DNA from: Candidatus Buchananbacteria bacterium
GTDB taxonomy: Bacteria > Patescibacteriota > Patescibacteriia > 2-01-FULL-39-33
NCBI GenBank assembly: GCA_903888345.1
Contig: CAISTG010000061.1
Coordinates: 18,512-82,511, forward strand
Reading direction: 5' to 3'
Length of the DNA: 64,000 nt
In this document: positions 62,422 through 64,000 of the stretch, piece after piece
Numbering within the stretch: position 1 is the stretch's first letter
Layout: each line of letters starts with the position of its first letter
Position numbers and translations under genes: made by a program
The notes under the pieces: generated by a model
The model's database searches: none
What the model was told of the DNA's origin: nothing
The model's input: the letters and a program-made list of their open reading frames with translations, nothing else

Positions 62422-63326
62422 TGGATATGCCTACCATTCATGAACCAGTTTTGTTGACAGAAATTCTGGAACTATTACAACCGCGAGCGAATGAAAATTT
62501 TATTGACTGCACCTTTGGCGGCGGCGGGCACAGTTTGGCTATTTTAAATCGCGTCAAACCTGATGGCAAAGTAGTTGGTATTGATTGGGATTTTAAAGCA
62601 GCTCAAGACAGTCATAATAAAAATCTGATTATTGTTAATGATAATTATCGTAATTTAAAAAAGATTTACGAAGTTTGTGAAAAGAAATTAGGTTTAGGTG
62701 AGATTAGCGGCATCCTACTGGATTTAGGTTTGTCATCAGATCAATTAGCCGACGATGATCGGGGTTTCAGTTTTGAAGCTACCGGCCAATTGGATATGCG
62801 CTTTGATGTTAACTCGGACCATCCAACAGCCGCCGAGATTTTAACGACTTACAGCGAAAAACAATTGGAAGGAATTTTTCGTGACTATGGAGAAGAACCA
62901 CTCGCTAAACCCATTGCCAAAGCTCTTGTTGTCGCTAGAGATAAAGGGGAGGATATCGCTTCAGCCGCCATGCTTGTCCGGCTGATTGCCGATATCTATC
63001 GTAAGAAATTTCGCCAGCCCTCGCGGAAAAATCCCGCGACCCGAGTTTTGCAAGCCTTGCGAATTGCCGTTAACGATGAGTTCGGCAATATCAAATCGGT
63101 CTTGCCTCAGGCCATGGATATTTTAAAATCCGGCGGACGGCTGGCGGTAATTTCTTTCCACTCTGGTGAAGACCGGATTATTAAGACTTATTTTAAAGAA
63201 ATGGCTTCGGGTGATTATCCCCGAATTAAAATCATAACCAAAAAGCCACTGGTGGCGAGCGAAGCGGAAAACGTAAGTAATCCGCGGGCCCGTAGCGCCA
63301 AATTAAGGGTGGCTGAAAAAATATAA
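62421..63326 (+). CDS. rsmH: 16S rRNA (cytosine1402-N4)-methyltransferase RsmH (MraW)
   Basis: 'DCTFGGGGHS', 'LLDLGLSSDQL' and 'SFHSGEDRIIK' RsmH motifs. Confidence 0.9.
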   Translation: MDMPTIHEPVLLTEILELLQPRANENFIDCTFGGGGHSLAILNRVKPDGKVVGIDWDFKAAQDSHNKNLIIVNDNYRNLKKIYEVCEKKLGLGEISGILLDLGLSSDQLADDDRGFSFEATGQLDMRFDVNSDHPTAAEILTTYSEKQLEGIFRDYGEEPLAKPIAKALVVARDKGEDIASAAMLVRLIADIYRKKFRQPSRKNPATRVLQALRIAVNDEFGNIKSVLPQAMDILKSGGRLAVISFHSGEDRIIKTYFKEMASGDYPRIKIITKKPLVASEAENVSNPRARSAKLRVAEKI

Positions 63327-63331
63327 TTTAT

Positions 63332-63715
63332 ATGTGCAAATTCTGGAGGAAATTTTGCAAAACCGACCGAAAAAATCATCATTTTCCGGAGCTAACGCGA
63401 ACTACAAATCTGCGTGGTTGGCTGTGGCACTTAATGGGAGGCAATTTTGGCTTAGCGGTCATTGTTGTTGCCAATGTGGTGGCCGCCTTTTTCTATCTGA
63501 CACAGACAAATTTAACGGCTACTCACGGCTATCAGATTAAAACTTTGGAAAAGAAATTAACGCAATTGGAACAGGACCATGGGCAATTAAGTTTGCAGTA
63601 TATCCAATTGCAATCAATGGATCGAATCGTTAGTAGTGCTAAGAACTTAAATTTAGTGCCTTCTGATAATATTGAAACTATTAAAGCCGATGATTTAATT
63701 GCTATTAATCGTTAA
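63332..63715 (+). CDS. ftsL: FtsL-like cell-division protein (single TM + coiled coil)
   Basis: TM 'FGLAVIVVANVVAAFFYL' followed by a coiled-coil 'LEKKLTQLEQDHGQLSLQYIQLQS'. Position between rsmH and ftsI. True start may be the internal ATG (MGGNFG). Confidence 0.45.
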   Translation: MCKFWRKFCKTDRKNHHFPELTRTTNLRGWLWHLMGGNFGLAVIVVANVVAAFFYLTQTNLTATHGYQIKTLEKKLTQLEQDHGQLSLQYIQLQSMDRIVSSAKNLNLVPSDNIETIKADDLIAINR

Positions 63716-63744
63716 TTAATTGTTTACATAAATTGCAAGCGCTT

Positions 63745-64000
63745 ATGTCTTGGCGTTCTCAACATCGATCGAGCGGCTATCGTCGCCTAGGAGGCAAACG
63801 ATCGAGTCTATTACAGCAAATCGTCACTAAATTGACAGCGCCTCACGCCACGTCACAATCATTAAAAACCGACAATCTCCGTATCAGATTTTTGTCGGTT
63901 GTTTTTTTAGTTATTGGCTTACTATTAATCGGTCGCTTATTTGATTTGCAAGTGGTTAACGGTTCGATTTATGCCGCCTTGGCCGCTGATCAACATGACC
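63745..64000 (+). CDS. ftsI: Penicillin-binding protein FtsI/PBP2-type, 3'-truncated by window edge
   Basis: 'RIRFLSVVFLVIGLLLIGRLFDLQVVNGSIY' is a typical PBP N-terminal anchor plus dimerisation start. Frame open to the window end. Confidence 0.6.
   Translation, partial: MSWRSQHRSSGYRRLGGKRSSLLQQIVTKLTAPHATSQSLKTDNLRIRFLSVVFLVIGLLLIGRLFDLQVVNGSIYAALAADQHD

Overview
The window reads as a low-GC bacterial chromosome segment, roughly 40% GC judged by eye. Proteins are compact and neither tRNA has an encoded CCA tail, which fits a small-genome, possibly CPR/Patescibacteria-like, lineage, though that assignment is tentative.

Positions 1 to about 32,000 hold a large, almost entirely plus-strand cell-surface glycan biosynthesis locus with tightly packed or overlapping genes. 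It contains:
- a GHMP kinase (5' partial) and a Wzx-like flippase;
- a complete CDP-3,6-dideoxyhexose (paratose/tyvelose-type) pathway (rfbF, rfbG, rfbH, an SDR reductase, a tyvelose-epimerase homolog), interrupted by a split transketolase pair;
- many GT2 and GT-B glycosyltransferases and a GT11 fucosyltransferase-like enzyme;
- five methyltransferase genes, three of them FkbM-family;
- a UbiA-family prenyl-phosphate transferase with a HAD phosphatase, and large polytopic membrane proteins that may be GT-C glycosyltransferases;
- an initiating WbaP-like phosphoglycosyltransferase on the minus strand, and a GtrA / GtrB-like / DUF2304 module.

The remainder is mostly housekeeping:
- rlmH, a SIMPL-domain protein, tRNA-Ala(CGC), tRNA-Val(CAC) and a ZIP metal transporter;
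- a five-gene extracytoplasmic thiol-disulfide operon (Trx-CcdA fusion, LutA-like CCG protein, LutB-like Fe-S protein, tandem-thioredoxin membrane protein);
- HD hydrolase, maf, rsmI, metG, cvpA, tatD, a HIT protein, dCMP deaminase, a PEGA-domain protein, murA, rplJ-rplL, a secreted FG-GAP + L,D-transpeptidase, GNAT, tsaB, and the start of the dcw cluster (mraZ-rsmH-ftsL-ftsI, the last 3' partial).

Features not explained by the gene calls:
- three small islands that look higher in GC by eye: a DUF4258-like toxin-domain gene with a pseudo-receiver gene, a Zn-ribbon mini-protein pair, and a novel helical-repeat protein;
- DnaA boxes and helically phased AGTGGTG direct repeats upstream of mraZ;
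- a repeated 'CTGGAT-hairpin-GAATGACG' motif flanking rsmI, plus a ~55-bp duplication of the rsmI 3' end;
- a ~110-nt conserved leader shared by cvpA and rplJ;
- several strong bidirectional terminators.

No CRISPR array, transposase or integrase was seen.
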